Positions 16,873-27,034 of a stretch of 64,000 bases of DNA are shown in pieces. The stretch is taken from NCBI GenBank assembly GCA_964402565.1, contig CAYOCJ010000002.1:170982-234981 (forward strand), given 5' to 3'. The first letter of the stretch is position 1. The number at the start of each line of letters is the position of its first letter. The stretch comes from an uncultured Gammaproteobacteria bacterium. Its GTDB lineage: Bacteria; Patescibacteriota; Patescibacteriia; UBA1558; 2-01-FULL-52-15. The notes beneath the pieces were generated by a model. It saw nothing but the letters and a program-made list of their open reading frames with translations, had not been told where the DNA came from and searched no databases. A program made the position numbers and the translations under genes.

Positions 16873-19619
16873 TACTGTGGCGTCAGTTTGATCGTAACCG
16901 TCTGCCATCCGGAAGCGATGGTTTTTGGAGTTACCGAGGTGATATAACCTGATTTTGATATGGTGATCGTATTCGCCCCCGTGACAACGTCGTTGAAGTA
17001 CACCTGGCCGGACGGCGTACATGCATTTGCGAAACTGATCGCAATATCCGAGACATTGGGCGTATAGGCGGTATTTGCTGTTTGCAGATCAATGCGATAG
17101 CGGATATAGCGATCGCCATTATGGATAGCATTGAGCGTATGATCGGTCGGTTTATAGTAGGTATTCGTCGTGCCATCAGGACCTCGGTAGCTCCAGGTTG
17201 TGGTGGCTGTATTGGTCTGGCTGCTCGCAATACGGATGCGGACAGGATCAACGCCTGTTTGCGAAGGCTGTCCTTCAGGCCGCATCACTAAATGATAGAA
17301 GTTCGTTGGCGCGGTATTATCAAAAATGGAAGAGGTGAGAGTGCCAGAAGCCGCATAGGTTGCTCCGTTTTGCTGAAGCTTGAGTTCACCGACAGGATTC
17401 GATGTGCCTATAGTACTGGAGCTGTCGTATCGATTTGCCGTACTCCAATTCGTTTGCCCTCCTCCTCCTGACCAATCTGTTTGCTGCCAATTCCCTTCGC
17501 CGGTTTGCAATGTTTTCGAATAACTCGGTCCGTCAATTTTTACATCGGCACCCTGGATCGGCTGCTGGGTCACTGCATCGACTGCAAGGACCAGAAGAGC
17601 ATTCGTCGTTTTGGGCTCGGCCACCATCGAGAGCACCTCGGTCGAATCAGGAGAAAGGGACATCGGCAATTGCGGAAGGCTGCCAGCCAGATAGTATTGC
17701 GGGTCTGTCACGGTCGCATTGTATGTATCCCATTCCATAGACGGCAGATCGAGTTCTCCGTTATTGTCAGTGCTGAGATCGGAGCTGTACTTTGGCACAT
17801 CAGGTGATTGGCCTATCAGTTTTGCACCAGTGAGATTAAAGTCGATATTGGGACGGGGACTGCACACTTGGTCGACTGTTCTCACATTCAATGTGCTTAA
17901 CGCATCGATTGAGAAACTGACCTGCGTGACCGCATCTGCAAGGACCGTTGCATGCGGCTTCAGCGGGCTCGGATTATTTGGATCTCCGACTGCATAGGTT
18001 TTATCAGTTGAGAATCCAGGTTTTGTTACGGTGATTTGATACGACTGCTCAGCAGGCGGCGCATCAATGACAACGAGCTGCCCCTGGTTATTGGTCGTAT
18101 CTGTAAAATCGAGGGCAGGGTCGGTGGTTGTATTGACAATAGAGACAGAAGCGTCAGGCACTGGCGCTCCCACAGCGTCAAAGACCTGGATCAATAAGGC
18201 GCCATTCCCGCCGCTTGTTTCCAGGCGCTTCGGCGCCACAGTCGTGGTCCCTGAGTAGCTCGTTGCTATTTCACAGGTCACACAGGTGACCTGTACCTCA
18301 GCTAATTTATAATCGCCAGGAGACGTATCGCCGATGGTAGGGTTTCCGGTGATGAGTAAATTAAATATGCCGGTGCCATAGGTAATACTCGATTTATTGT
18401 CGATCGTGATTTTGTATCCAGTAGCTTCGACGACCTGCGCTCCGTTGCCAATGGCTATCAAACCGTCATTGGCATAGAGAATGCCTCGAAAACCGGTGGA
18501 GTTATTGATCTGTATCGCGGGGTTGTTTGAACTTTTTGATCCATTCGTAGTAATGAATACAGCATAACTGCCGGCAAACGGATTACAGGAATTTTTTTGT
18601 TTATTATATCCCTCTGATCCGCAGGCAGCAGTATTATTGTTGATCGAGATAGAACCGTCTGCAATGATCACGCCGCTGGCGCTCGAGTAGGTTGGACTCA
18701 GGTAAATGCTTCCGCTATTCGAAAGGCTGATGGTGCCGGTCACCCATAACGTTCCGGTTACAACGAGTTCGCCGCTGCCGGTTATCGTAATATTGCCATT
18801 GATCTTTTTTGGTCCGATGGTGACCTTTTGCCCGTTGCCGATAGTAACCGAGCCCGTTGTTCCTACTGCTGCCGCTTCGTTCTTCCATTCGGTGATCTTC
18901 GCACTTGAAATAGGCAAATTTTGTGAAGGCGTGTCTGAGGTCCCGGGATGTTGCGCCCCGCTGACGGTTGAATTTTGTATCGTTTGATAGTACGCGTCGC
19001 CGGTTATCGTAGCATTTGTAATGGCATGCGCATGTGCATCACCGGCAATTTTTATAAAGTCGAGCGTATTGCCGCCCGCAACCCACATGTCGTCAGTTAC
19101 ATTCGCTTTATTGTCACCAGTTGCGGTACCGTTCGAGAATACTTTGCCGAAGATCGTCGCCGTGTTTGACATGATGAGGCCGCCGTCGCCGACCTGAGCG
19201 CTGAACGGGAATCGTACATCGTCAAGGTTATTGCCCAGCACGCCATCAAATGGATCATCTATGTTCCTGACGATCGTCCGCACCTCATACGTTTTGCCGT
19301 TACGAACTATTTCTTTCGTCGGTTCGAGAAAACCGTTGGGGACGCTGTCTTTCAGCCCCAGTGACGTAAATGGAATTGCATGGATGCTTTCGAGCTCTTC
19401 CTGCAATATGGTATTAGCACCGGTGCGTTCAGATGAAACTTTGACCAGGCGCAGAACATTGGTGTAGACCATGAAGAGCCCCACGCTAACCAGCGCAAAG
19501 ACCGCGACTCCTACAATAGTTTCAACGAGGGTGAAGCCTGTGTGCACTGGGCTCAAAAATGACGGCGAGGCGCCCCCTCCATGCGAAACTTTTTGTTTTA
19601 CTGACTTAAAAAAAGCCAT
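16872..19619 (-). CDS. giant pilin-like protein (915 aa) with a prepilin N-terminus; putative tip or adhesin subunit
   Basis: ...SPVHTG|FTLVETIVGVAVFALVSV prepilin motif after a 28-aa leader. The rest is Thr/Ser/Asn/Gly-rich beta-repeat sequence. Confidence 0.75.
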   Translation of the reverse strand: MAFFKSVKQKVSHGGGASPSFLSPVHTGFTLVETIVGVAVFALVSVGLFMVYTNVLRLVKVSSERTGANTILQEELESIHAIPFTSLGLKDSVPNGFLEPTKEIVRNGKTYEVRTIVRNIDDPFDGVLGNNLDDVRFPFSAQVGDGGLIMSNTATIFGKVFSNGTATGDNKANVTDDMWVAGGNTLDFIKIAGDAHAHAITNATITGDAYYQTIQNSTVSGAQHPGTSDTPSQNLPISSAKITEWKNEAAAVGTTGSVTIGNGQKVTIGPKKINGNITITGSGELVVTGTLWVTGTISLSNSGSIYLSPTYSSASGVIIADGSISINNNTAACGSEGYNKQKNSCNPFAGSYAVFITTNGSKSSNNPAIQINNSTGFRGILYANDGLIAIGNGAQVVEATGYKITIDNKSSITYGTGIFNLLITGNPTIGDTSPGDYKLAEVQVTCVTCEIATSYSGTTTVAPKRLETSGGNGALLIQVFDAVGAPVPDASVSIVNTTTDPALDFTDTTNNQGQLVVIDAPPAEQSYQITVTKPGFSTDKTYAVGDPNNPSPLKPHATVLADAVTQVSFSIDALSTLNVRTVDQVCSPRPNIDFNLTGAKLIGQSPDVPKYSSDLSTDNNGELDLPSMEWDTYNATVTDPQYYLAGSLPQLPMSLSPDSTEVLSMVAEPKTTNALLVLAVDAVTQQPIQGADVKIDGPSYSKTLQTGEGNWQQTDWSGGGGQTNWSTANRYDSSSTIGTSNPVGELKLQQNGATYAASGTLTSSIFDNTAPTNFYHLVMRPEGQPSQTGVDPVRIRIASSQTNTATTTWSYRGPDGTTNTYYKPTDHTLNAIHNGDRYIRYRIDLQTANTAYTPNVSDIAISFANACTPSGQVYFNDVVTGANTITISKSGYITSVTPKTIASGWQTVTIKLTPQ

Positions 19620-19656
19620 AGTGTGATGGCCCTAGTATACCAAGTTTTTGATGGAT

Positions 19657-21018
19657 TTACCAAGATTTTTTGTGTCCGCGGTTCAGTTTCACCGTGGTAT
19701 TGGCCAGATAGATCGTCCCGGCGACAAAGATCATCCAGAGTATGCTGAGATCATTTTTAAAATAAGGCACATCGACAAGTCCGTGGATCACTATGCAGAT
19801 CCACGCCATGGTCATCCCCCAGGCTAATGCGCGGGAATTGCCGGAGATGAAATGCGCGTTGAGTGCTTTTTGAAGCGTATTGCCGATAGCGACCAGCAGC
19901 CATATAAATGCGATGAGCCCAAGAAGCCCAAGTTCGCTCCACGTATTGAGCAGAATGGTGTGCGGATAGAGGTAGATCTCGAGAAATTCGTGGGTATGGA
20001 AGGGGCGCACCGCATTTTGATAATTCGCTAAGCCCCCTCCGCGGAATGGATGCGCCATCAATAGTTCGGCAGTTTCGCGCCACTGGTTGATGCGAATTTC
20101 AAGCGAGGAGGATTTCAGGTCAAGATAATTTCTTGACACATTTCTGACCAAGGATGAGAACTTCTCAGTCACTGGAGTCATCGTGAGAAATATAATGATG
20201 CCGATGGTCGTCGCAAGGCCCAGGAGCAACCGCAATCTGCCTATGCGGAACAAAGTTAACCAGCCAATAACGAGCAGCGCGAGAGCTGCGCCAGTTGTCT
20301 TGGCCGCAAGCACAGTGGCGATCCCCAGAATGATGACAATGAGGCTATACCATTGTTTGCGCATGGTTTGTTGTCGCGTGAATGAACCGATATAGTAGGC
20401 GACAATGGGAGCCACCAGCAAACTATTCGCATTCGGATAACCGAATAGTGTGGTGACGCGCCGATGCGCGGCATCAGCCCAGAATGGGTTTTCAATGCCG
20501 ACGCCGGTAAAATGCTGATAGATCGCGATGCAGCCTATGAACATCGTCAGTAAACCAAGCGCTGACATGATGCGCTCGAAATGCTCATAGGTTTTTATTT
20601 CGTAGACCAGAACAATAAGCAGCATAAGCGGCTCAATAAAGTATGCTTTGAGTATGCCGAATGCTTCTGGCTGGGCAGGTGACAAGAATGCGGAGATCCC
20701 TGCTGCAAGTATCAGCAACGATAAGGCAAAACGATATGCAATAGGGATATTGTTGGTCACGCCGCTCTTTCTCCAAAAAATTACATTGATCCGCTTCCAT
20801 TGTCCATTGCGCATGAGCCATATAGCGAACAGGATCAGGACGAAGATTTCAAGCGCGGTTACCGGTATGCCTGCGATCGTGAAGCGGAGAAGGTAGCTTG
20901 GCAAGATCAAACAAAGCAGCGTAATGCCTGACATCCTGTCGCGCCAGCACAGCACCGCAAACAGCACTGCTGCGGCCAGCATTTTTATAGATATCAATGA
21001 TAGACTGAGGAGCTCCAT
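19657..21018 (-). CDS. Wzy_C-domain membrane protein (O-antigen ligase / PglL-PilO-like O-oligosaccharyltransferase family)
   Basis: About 12 TM helices. Wzy_C-like signature PHTILLNTWSELGLLGL (H-N-x-[FY]-L...E-x-G-x-x-G) after a large extracytoplasmic loop. Confidence 0.7.
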   Translation of the reverse strand: MELLSLSLISIKMLAAAVLFAVLCWRDRMSGITLLCLILPSYLLRFTIAGIPVTALEIFVLILFAIWLMRNGQWKRINVIFWRKSGVTNNIPIAYRFALSLLILAAGISAFLSPAQPEAFGILKAYFIEPLMLLIVLVYEIKTYEHFERIMSALGLLTMFIGCIAIYQHFTGVGIENPFWADAAHRRVTTLFGYPNANSLLVAPIVAYYIGSFTRQQTMRKQWYSLIVIILGIATVLAAKTTGAALALLVIGWLTLFRIGRLRLLLGLATTIGIIIFLTMTPVTEKFSSLVRNVSRNYLDLKSSSLEIRINQWRETAELLMAHPFRGGGLANYQNAVRPFHTHEFLEIYLYPHTILLNTWSELGLLGLIAFIWLLVAIGNTLQKALNAHFISGNSRALAWGMTMAWICIVIHGLVDVPYFKNDLSILWMIFVAGTIYLANTTVKLNRGHKKSW

Positions 21019-21020
21019 AA

Positions 21021-22454
21021 TTAACCGGTTATAAGCAGCTTTAGTTCATCTGGATGAACGGTGCGAAGGAGGTATGCCAGTGCACAGTAACAGATAAAAC
21101 CGATGGCAGTGACGAAAAGCACAGGCATGAAAGGCGCAATCAGCCAGATAGTAATGGCCATGCCTGCGCTTGCAATGCAGATCTTGAATAGCGCAGACCA
21201 TGGGATCTGCAAATGAATGGTGTCATGGATCACGAACCATGCGCTCGCAACGATCATGAGCTCGCTGAGCACCGTCATCCAGGCAGCGCCCCAATAATTA
21301 AATCGGGGAATGGCCAATACATATCCAATTAGGCTCACGACTGCAGTAGCGAAGAAAAATTTGATCATCTTTTTTTGTTTTTCTATCACCAGTACGACAT
21401 AGGTATAGAGTGTCCCAAAAAATATGGCCGCAGTTGCCAGCATGAGCACGCCCAAGACTGGGCCAGAGGCAGAGAACGTATCGCCGGCAACGAACACCAT
21501 GATTTTTTTGCCAAGCATCATGCCGCCAACCACAATCGGTATAGTCAATGCCGCAAAAAATATAAATGCACGCTCCCAAACTGTTTGTAATCTGGCCACA
21601 TCGCGCGCTACCCATGCGGCGGTCAGCAAGGGCAAGATCAATCCCATGAACATGTGCGGGAATGCAGTAAGTATCTCAAGCACGCGATACGCTGCTCCAT
21701 ATATGCCGACACTTTCCTGGCTTTGTGTCAGCGAAAGGATGATGGTGTCTGCTCTGAAGTATACCAGGTTCAATGCAATGGTTACTGCGATAGGCCATGT
21801 TTTATGCATGACCTCTCGCCAATATGCCGTATCAAAAGCAAGTCGAAGATGTACGGGATTTGGCAAACGTGAAAGCATATACCATGCTGCAAAAAAAGTC
21901 AGAACCCCGATCAGCGAGAACGTTATAAAGATGCTCTGCAAACCCCAGTCGCGCGTGACGATCAGATACATCGCTACGACAGAGGCGCATTTATTGAATA
22001 CATTAATCACACCGATCGAGACCATGCGCAATTGTTTTTGAAAAACTGCAGTTACGGTAGAAACCAATGAGGCAGAAAGATACGAAACTGCAAGCAGTGT
22101 GGCGCCAAGCTTTGTCACCGAGTCATACGGTGAAAACTGTATAAGTATCAGCGCAATAACGAGCAGTGCAGCGCTTGAAATAAGACGGATGGTAAAAATA
22201 TTATTACTGATCGCGCCCATCCGGTCCTCATGTGCTGAGATCTCCCGCAATAAGGTAAGATAGAGGCCAAAATCCACCAAGGTAACGAAGAATTGCAATA
22301 GAGCATTTACCGTCGTGAAGTGCCCGAAACCGGCAGGACTCAAATATCGAGTGATCATGGCTAGCATGATCACACCGATGACGATCTCTACGATACGGAG
22401 CCCTGTTTGTGCAAGGGTTGTAACTGCAATTGTTTTACCAGTCGAAGATGCCAT
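21021..22454 (-). CDS. Wzx-like oligosaccharide flippase (MOP/PST family)
   Basis: About 12-14 TMs. N-terminal LRIVEIVIGVIMLAMITRYLSPAGFGHFT is typical of the polysaccharide-biosynthesis (PST) family. Confidence 0.75.
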   Translation of the reverse strand: MASSTGKTIAVTTLAQTGLRIVEIVIGVIMLAMITRYLSPAGFGHFTTVNALLQFFVTLVDFGLYLTLLREISAHEDRMGAISNNIFTIRLISSAALLVIALILIQFSPYDSVTKLGATLLAVSYLSASLVSTVTAVFQKQLRMVSIGVINVFNKCASVVAMYLIVTRDWGLQSIFITFSLIGVLTFFAAWYMLSRLPNPVHLRLAFDTAYWREVMHKTWPIAVTIALNLVYFRADTIILSLTQSQESVGIYGAAYRVLEILTAFPHMFMGLILPLLTAAWVARDVARLQTVWERAFIFFAALTIPIVVGGMMLGKKIMVFVAGDTFSASGPVLGVLMLATAAIFFGTLYTYVVLVIEKQKKMIKFFFATAVVSLIGYVLAIPRFNYWGAAWMTVLSELMIVASAWFVIHDTIHLQIPWSALFKICIASAGMAITIWLIAPFMPVLFVTAIGFICYCALAYLLRTVHPDELKLLITG

Positions 22455-22568
22455 AGAATATACTTGTTATACCATGAGATTGAGAGTTTGTGGAGAAGTT
22501 ATCATTACAGTTGACTCAGAGATTGATACAGGGTATTTTTTAGGCCTGTTCATTAGAGGAGGTGGGGC

Positions 22569-22766
22569 GTGGAAGACGATTTTATCAATGAAGCCCATTG
22601 TGATAACGCTGGACTCTGTGAAGCACCGCGAGGGGCTCGAGGTATTACGAATTGCATCTATTGCGGTAAAGAGCTGCACGAGAAAGACGGATGGTGGTGG
22701 ACGTGGGACGCAGACTTTTCTGAATTCCCTCAGCCGCAAGGGGCGGTTAGTAAAAACTGCCCTTAG
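22569..22766 (+). CDS. small Cys-rich (zinc-ribbon-like) protein, 65 aa
   Basis: GTG start with strong SD agaggagg 6 nt upstream. Four Cys residues (HCDNAGLC...NCIYCGKE). The terminator hairpin follows immediately. Confidence 0.45.
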   Translation: MEDDFINEAHCDNAGLCEAPRGARGITNCIYCGKELHEKDGWWWTWDADFSEFPQPQGAVSKNCP

Positions 22767-22798
22767 AAGTTTTCACTTCCAAGGGCAGTTTTTTGTTT
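22752..22798. terminator. bidirectional intrinsic terminator (small ORF on the plus strand, recA on the minus strand)
   Basis: aaaaactgccctt-(loop)-aagggcagtttttt: an 8-bp GC stem flanked by an A-run and a T-run. Confidence 0.7.
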
Positions 22799-22814
22799 AG
22801 TTCGCATGCATTGC

Positions 22815-23813
22815 CTAATCCTTCTTCATCGCAACCGCGAGAATCTTTTTTCGTATCTCTGCCATGAGCTTCTTGTCTTGCTGCAGGAAGGATTTGGCAT
22901 TTTCACGGCCCGTGCCAAGCTTCGTGCCGCTATAGGTATAGGTATTGCCGCTCTTGGTAATGACTTCGTAGAGTACGCCCTGATCGATCAAGTCTGAAGC
23001 GAGCGAGATGCCTTCATTGTACATGATGTCGAATTCGCAGGTCTTGAACGGAGGAGCGACCTTATTTTTGACGATTTTTACTTTCACACGATTACCGATG
23101 ACTTTTTCACCCTGCTTGATCACTGCTGCACGCCTGACCTCGACACGGACCGATGCATAGAATTTCAATGCATTGCCGCCGGTCGTTGTTTCCGGGTTGC
23201 CGAAGAAGACGCCGATCTTCATTCTGATCTGATTGATGAAAATAACGGTCGTTTTGGTTTTACTGATGATGCCGGCTAACTTGCGCAATGCCTGGCTCAT
23301 GAGCCGCGCCTGCAAACCCATATGGGAGTCGCCCATATCACCTTCAAGTTCGGCTTTCGGGACGAGAGCTGCTACTGAGTCGATGACAATGGCATCAAAT
23401 GCATTTGATCTGACCAAGGTTTCGACTATTTCAAGGGCTTGTTCGCCGGTATCTGGTTGCGCGATGAATAGATCTTTCGTATGAACACCGATCATTTTTG
23501 CATATTCTGGGTCAAGAGCATGCTCAGCATCGATGAACGCTGCAAGACCGCCTTGTTTCTGTACTTCTGCAACAATGTGCTGGGCCAAGGTTGTTTTGCC
23601 TGAGCTTTCCGGTCCGTAGATCTCGATGATGCGGCCGCGAGGTACACCGCCGATGCCCAATGCAATGTCCAATGAAAGGCATCCGGTCGGGATCCCCTCA
23701 AGATTCAGGGCTTTATTATCGCCTAACTTCATGATGGAGCCTTCACCGAAACGCTCCTTAATTTGGTTGATAGCTTCGGTTGCTGCCTGTGTTTTTTTTG
23801 ATTCTTCTGGCAT
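22815..23813 (-). CDS. recA: recombinase RecA
   Basis: Canonical start region [20 protein letters not shown]. Walker [14 protein letters not shown], plus L1/L2 loops. The ORF-track N-terminal extension to 23936 overlaps the upstream gene and is rejected. Start taken at MPEESKK (cat at 23811-23813). Confidence 0.93.
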   Translation of the reverse strand: MPEESKKTQAATEAINQIKERFGEGSIMKLGDNKALNLEGIPTGCLSLDIALGIGGVPRGRIIEIYGPESSGKTTLAQHIVAEVQKQGGLAAFIDAEHALDPEYAKMIGVHTKDLFIAQPDTGEQALEIVETLVRSNAFDAIVIDSVAALVPKAELEGDMGDSHMGLQARLMSQALRKLAGIISKTKTTVIFINQIRMKIGVFFGNPETTTGGNALKFYASVRVEVRRAAVIKQGEKVIGNRVKVKIVKNKVAPPFKTCEFDIMYNEGISLASDLIDQGVLYEVITKSGNTYTYSGTKLGTGRENAKSFLQQDKKLMAEIRKKILAVAMKKD

Positions 23814-23823
23814 AGATATCTTG

Positions 23824-24540
23824 TTAGTTATTAGGCCCTGTTGCTGTTGTTGATGTTGCAGTGATGGAAGGCGGTTCGGTTTTGACAATCGTGATTTCTT
23901 TGAGGAAGCTGCGGCTATGCTTTTTCTTGGCTTCAATGCTAATGGTGTTCAGACCATTGGTCAAGGCTATTTCCTGGTTGAAGCTGTTCGTCGCATCAAG
24001 GACGACAGGCTGTTTATTGATCGTCAGGGTGGTTCCTGCTTCGGTCTGGCCCTTCAGTATAATACTATTTTCCTGGGTGCGGAAGTCCGCTAAGGGCGAA
24101 GCAAAAGTGACCACCGGAGGACTGATGCTTTCATGAATAACGAAGCCCGCATAGCCAAGTATCAAGAGCAGGACGATGCCTATGGCGATGCGGCGCCCGG
24201 TTATCAGTGCTGCGAATTTCGGGAATAATTTTCTCTGCTGTATGCCGTTTTTCTGCTCGAGCTTGGCGCGTATGCTATTCTCTTTTTCATAGGAGATCAT
24301 CAGATCACGGGGATTGATCTCCAAGAATTGGGCATATTTTTTTACCCAGGCTTTGGTATACATCTCGCCAGGCAGGAGGTGGTATTGAGAAGACTCGATA
24401 GCTTCTAAATATTTTTCCTGAATCGCTAATCGTTGCGCGCATTCAGCGAGCGTCATGCCTTTCGCCGAACGTGCTCGTTTGAGCTGTTCGCTGACGGTGG
24501 TATACATCCCAAGTTCGGTCCGGGTGAAGGTATTCGCCAT
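23824..24540 (-). CDS. RodZ-like HTH-domain membrane protein
   Basis: N-terminal XRE/RodZ-type HTH ([64 protein letters not shown]), then a single TM and a periplasmic C-terminal domain. Confidence 0.7.
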   Translation of the reverse strand: MANTFTRTELGMYTTVSEQLKRARSAKGMTLAECAQRLAIQEKYLEAIESSQYHLLPGEMYTKAWVKKYAQFLEINPRDLMISYEKENSIRAKLEQKNGIQQRKLFPKFAALITGRRIAIGIVLLLILGYAGFVIHESISPPVVTFASPLADFRTQENSIILKGQTEAGTTLTINKQPVVLDATNSFNQEIALTNGLNTISIEAKKKHSRSFLKEITIVKTEPPSITATSTTATGPNN

Positions 24541-24550
24541 ACAAGCGACC

Positions 24551-26965
24551 TTAGGAGTTTTCCTCTTCGGCTGAGTCTAGAGGTTCGTCCTCCGCCTCTG
24601 TGGAGCTGTCATCGTCATGGGCATAGAGATCATCTTCACTGACGCGCTCTTCGGTCGGTTCATCGCCGTATTCTTCACGTCCCGAGCGCGCGTATTGCGC
24701 ATCTAATTCTTCCTGTGTAATGAGCACTTCGCGGGGTTTCGAACTGTTTTGCGGTCCGATAATGCCGCGCTCTTCCAGGAGGTCGAGGATGCGCGATGCT
24801 TTCGCAAAGCCGACCCGCATTCTGCTCTGCAGCAAGGTGGCGCTTGCGCGCTTTGCCTTCACCACCACTTCGGTTGCCAGCATCAAGTCGCGTTCAGTCG
24901 AGTCGCTTTCAAATCCGGCATTTGATCCGCCGCCCATAAGACCGGTCTTTCGTTCAGTGACCTCAGCCTGATATTGAGGCTCGCCATGCTGTTTCAGGTA
25001 GTCGGTAACCCCGGTAATTTCTTTATCGCTCAAGTATGCGCCTTGTATACGGCGCGGCTTAGAAAGTTCTGCAGATATATAGAGCATGTCTCCGTTGCCG
25101 AGCAGTTTTTCAGCACCAGAAGAATCGATGATCGTACGGGAATCAGTCACTGAAGCAACCGAGAAAGCTATGCGTGAAGTGATATTTGCTTTGATAAGTC
25201 CGGTAATGACATTTACCGATGGACGCTGGGTGGCAAGTATCAGGTGGATGCCGACGGCGCGTGCCATTTGAGCCAGCCGGATGATAGCCGCCTCTACTTC
25301 TTTTGCTGCAACCATCATGAGGTCTGCAAGCTCGTCGATCACAATGACGATATACGGCATGGGCTCCATCAGGCGGGCGTCATTATAGGCCTGGATATTT
25401 TTCTTGCCTGCTGCGGCGAGCATTTTATAGCGTTCATCCATTTGCGAAACGGCCCAGCGCAATGCATTGATCGTTTTATCGGTTTCAGTGATGACCGGAG
25501 CCAGCAAATGCGGAATGCCGTCGTAACCAGAAAGCTCTACGCGTTTCGGGTCGACCAGTATGAGTTTTAAAATGTCTGGTGAGTTCTGATACAGCAAAGA
25601 AATAAGCATCGCATTAATGCAAACTGATTTGCCGGAGCCAGTAGCACCAGCAATGAGCAGGTGCGGCATCTTCGCCAGATCAGCCATGGACGTTTTGCCG
25701 GTCACATCTTTACCAAGTGCGAGCATCAAGTTGCTGTGGCGTTCTGTGTATGCCTGTGATTGCAAGATCTCCTTCAGTTTCACGATAGAAACGCTTTGGT
25801 TCGGAACTTCGATGCCGACCAGCGACTTGCCGGGGATAGGCGCTTCGATGCGCAGCGGGTGTGCTGCCAGAGCAAGTGAAAGGTCATTTTGCAAAGCACT
25901 GATCTGATTTAATTTCACTCCCTCAAGCGGCTTCAAGGTATATTGAGTCACGGTCGGTCCGACATTGACCTCACCCATGGTCACATCGATGCCAAAACTC
26001 TTTAACGTGGCTTCGATCTTTTTCATGTTTGCTTTGATGTCACCGCTCGCCGGCATATCCGTTGAGCCACTGAGCAGATCAATAGGCACATCGATCTTTG
26101 GTTGCGCCACTTTTTTTGCAGGAGCTTTCGCTGCCGATGCTTTAGAGCTGGCTTTTGCATTTCCGAACGGCAGATTTATCTGCGGCGTGCTTTCTTCTTC
26201 GTCGGATTCATCGTCTTCAGGTTCTGCCAGCTCGCTTGTTTTGAAATTATTCGTGTATAGAGGAGACGGCGCTTCACGTCGATTGCTGTTCGCGACCGTA
26301 CGGCGTTCGCGCCATTGCATGAAAGTTGCGGCTATGTTTTGCCACATGCCCATGAGGCTTGAGAACGATGTATTGAAGAAAATAAATGCACCGATAAAGA
26401 AGATCGCGAGAAGTACAACCAAGGTTCCCCAGAACGCCATCACATGATAGAGCGGCGCCCCAATCGCATATCCGACAAAGCCTCCGCCTTTGCCTGATGC
26501 AATGATCTCATCCAAAGCAAGGTCGCGTACGGTCAAGTGCAATAATCCGCTATAGCCAAGGATCGTCAGTCCAAGGCCGATATAGTTTATCAATTTGATG
26601 TCATAACGCCCTGGCCGCAGGAGCAAGTAGCTCATCATGAGGAGCATGATCGGAAACAGGAAATCTCCCCAGCCGAATACTTTTGCCAAGAAACTGGTAA
26701 TGTAGATGCCGAGATTTCCGGTAGCCTGGAAAAAAGACAGCAGGCTTATGAAGGCAATAGTAAAAAGCACGACAATGGCGATCCCGCGTTTTGTTTCTGA
26801 GGCTAAGGTGAAATTCCCGGTTCTGGATCTTGGCAGGCTTCTGCCAGCTGGCATACGACGATTTCGATTTGCTTGTCTGAACATAATGTAGTCGACTAAT
26901 TCTAGCATAGAATAAGCCTTTTGTAAGGGCTGATTTTGCCTAAAAAAGTGCTTATTTTCAGACAT
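24551..26965 (-). CDS. ftsK: DNA translocase FtsK/SpoIIIE
   Basis: N-terminal 4-5 TMs and an acidic linker. Motor domain with Walker A ATGSGKSVCINAMLISLL. C-terminal gamma winged helix (LLQSRMRVGFAKASRILDLLEERGII). Confidence 0.93.
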   Translation of the reverse strand: MSENKHFFRQNQPLQKAYSMLELVDYIMFRQANRNRRMPAGRSLPRSRTGNFTLASETKRGIAIVVLFTIAFISLLSFFQATGNLGIYITSFLAKVFGWGDFLFPIMLLMMSYLLLRPGRYDIKLINYIGLGLTILGYSGLLHLTVRDLALDEIIASGKGGGFVGYAIGAPLYHVMAFWGTLVVLLAIFFIGAFIFFNTSFSSLMGMWQNIAATFMQWRERRTVANSNRREAPSPLYTNNFKTSELAEPEDDESDEEESTPQINLPFGNAKASSKASAAKAPAKKVAQPKIDVPIDLLSGSTDMPASGDIKANMKKIEATLKSFGIDVTMGEVNVGPTVTQYTLKPLEGVKLNQISALQNDLSLALAAHPLRIEAPIPGKSLVGIEVPNQSVSIVKLKEILQSQAYTERHSNLMLALGKDVTGKTSMADLAKMPHLLIAGATGSGKSVCINAMLISLLYQNSPDILKLILVDPKRVELSGYDGIPHLLAPVITETDKTINALRWAVSQMDERYKMLAAAGKKNIQAYNDARLMEPMPYIVIVIDELADLMMVAAKEVEAAIIRLAQMARAVGIHLILATQRPSVNVITGLIKANITSRIAFSVASVTDSRTIIDSSGAEKLLGNGDMLYISAELSKPRRIQGAYLSDKEITGVTDYLKQHGEPQYQAEVTERKTGLMGGGSNAGFESDSTERDLMLATEVVVKAKRASATLLQSRMRVGFAKASRILDLLEERGIIGPQNSSKPREVLITQEELDAQYARSGREEYGDEPTEERVSEDDLYAHDDDSSTEAEDEPLDSAEEENS

Positions 26966-27034
26966 ATTGACAGATCGTGTACGTACGGGTTAATCTAGTG
27001 AATCTTCTGTTCTTACGCGTTTCAGGAGGTCATC

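Noticed and set aside
22315-22800. 161-aa plus-strand ORF overlapping the wzx start and the small Cys ORF
   Set aside because: No SD. It overlaps a well-supported gene out of frame with an odd composition, and is likely spurious.
23814-23936. N-terminal 41-aa extension of recA (Gln-rich) from the ORF track
   Set aside because: It overlaps the RodZ-like gene 3' end. The canonical RecA start is at MPEESKK.
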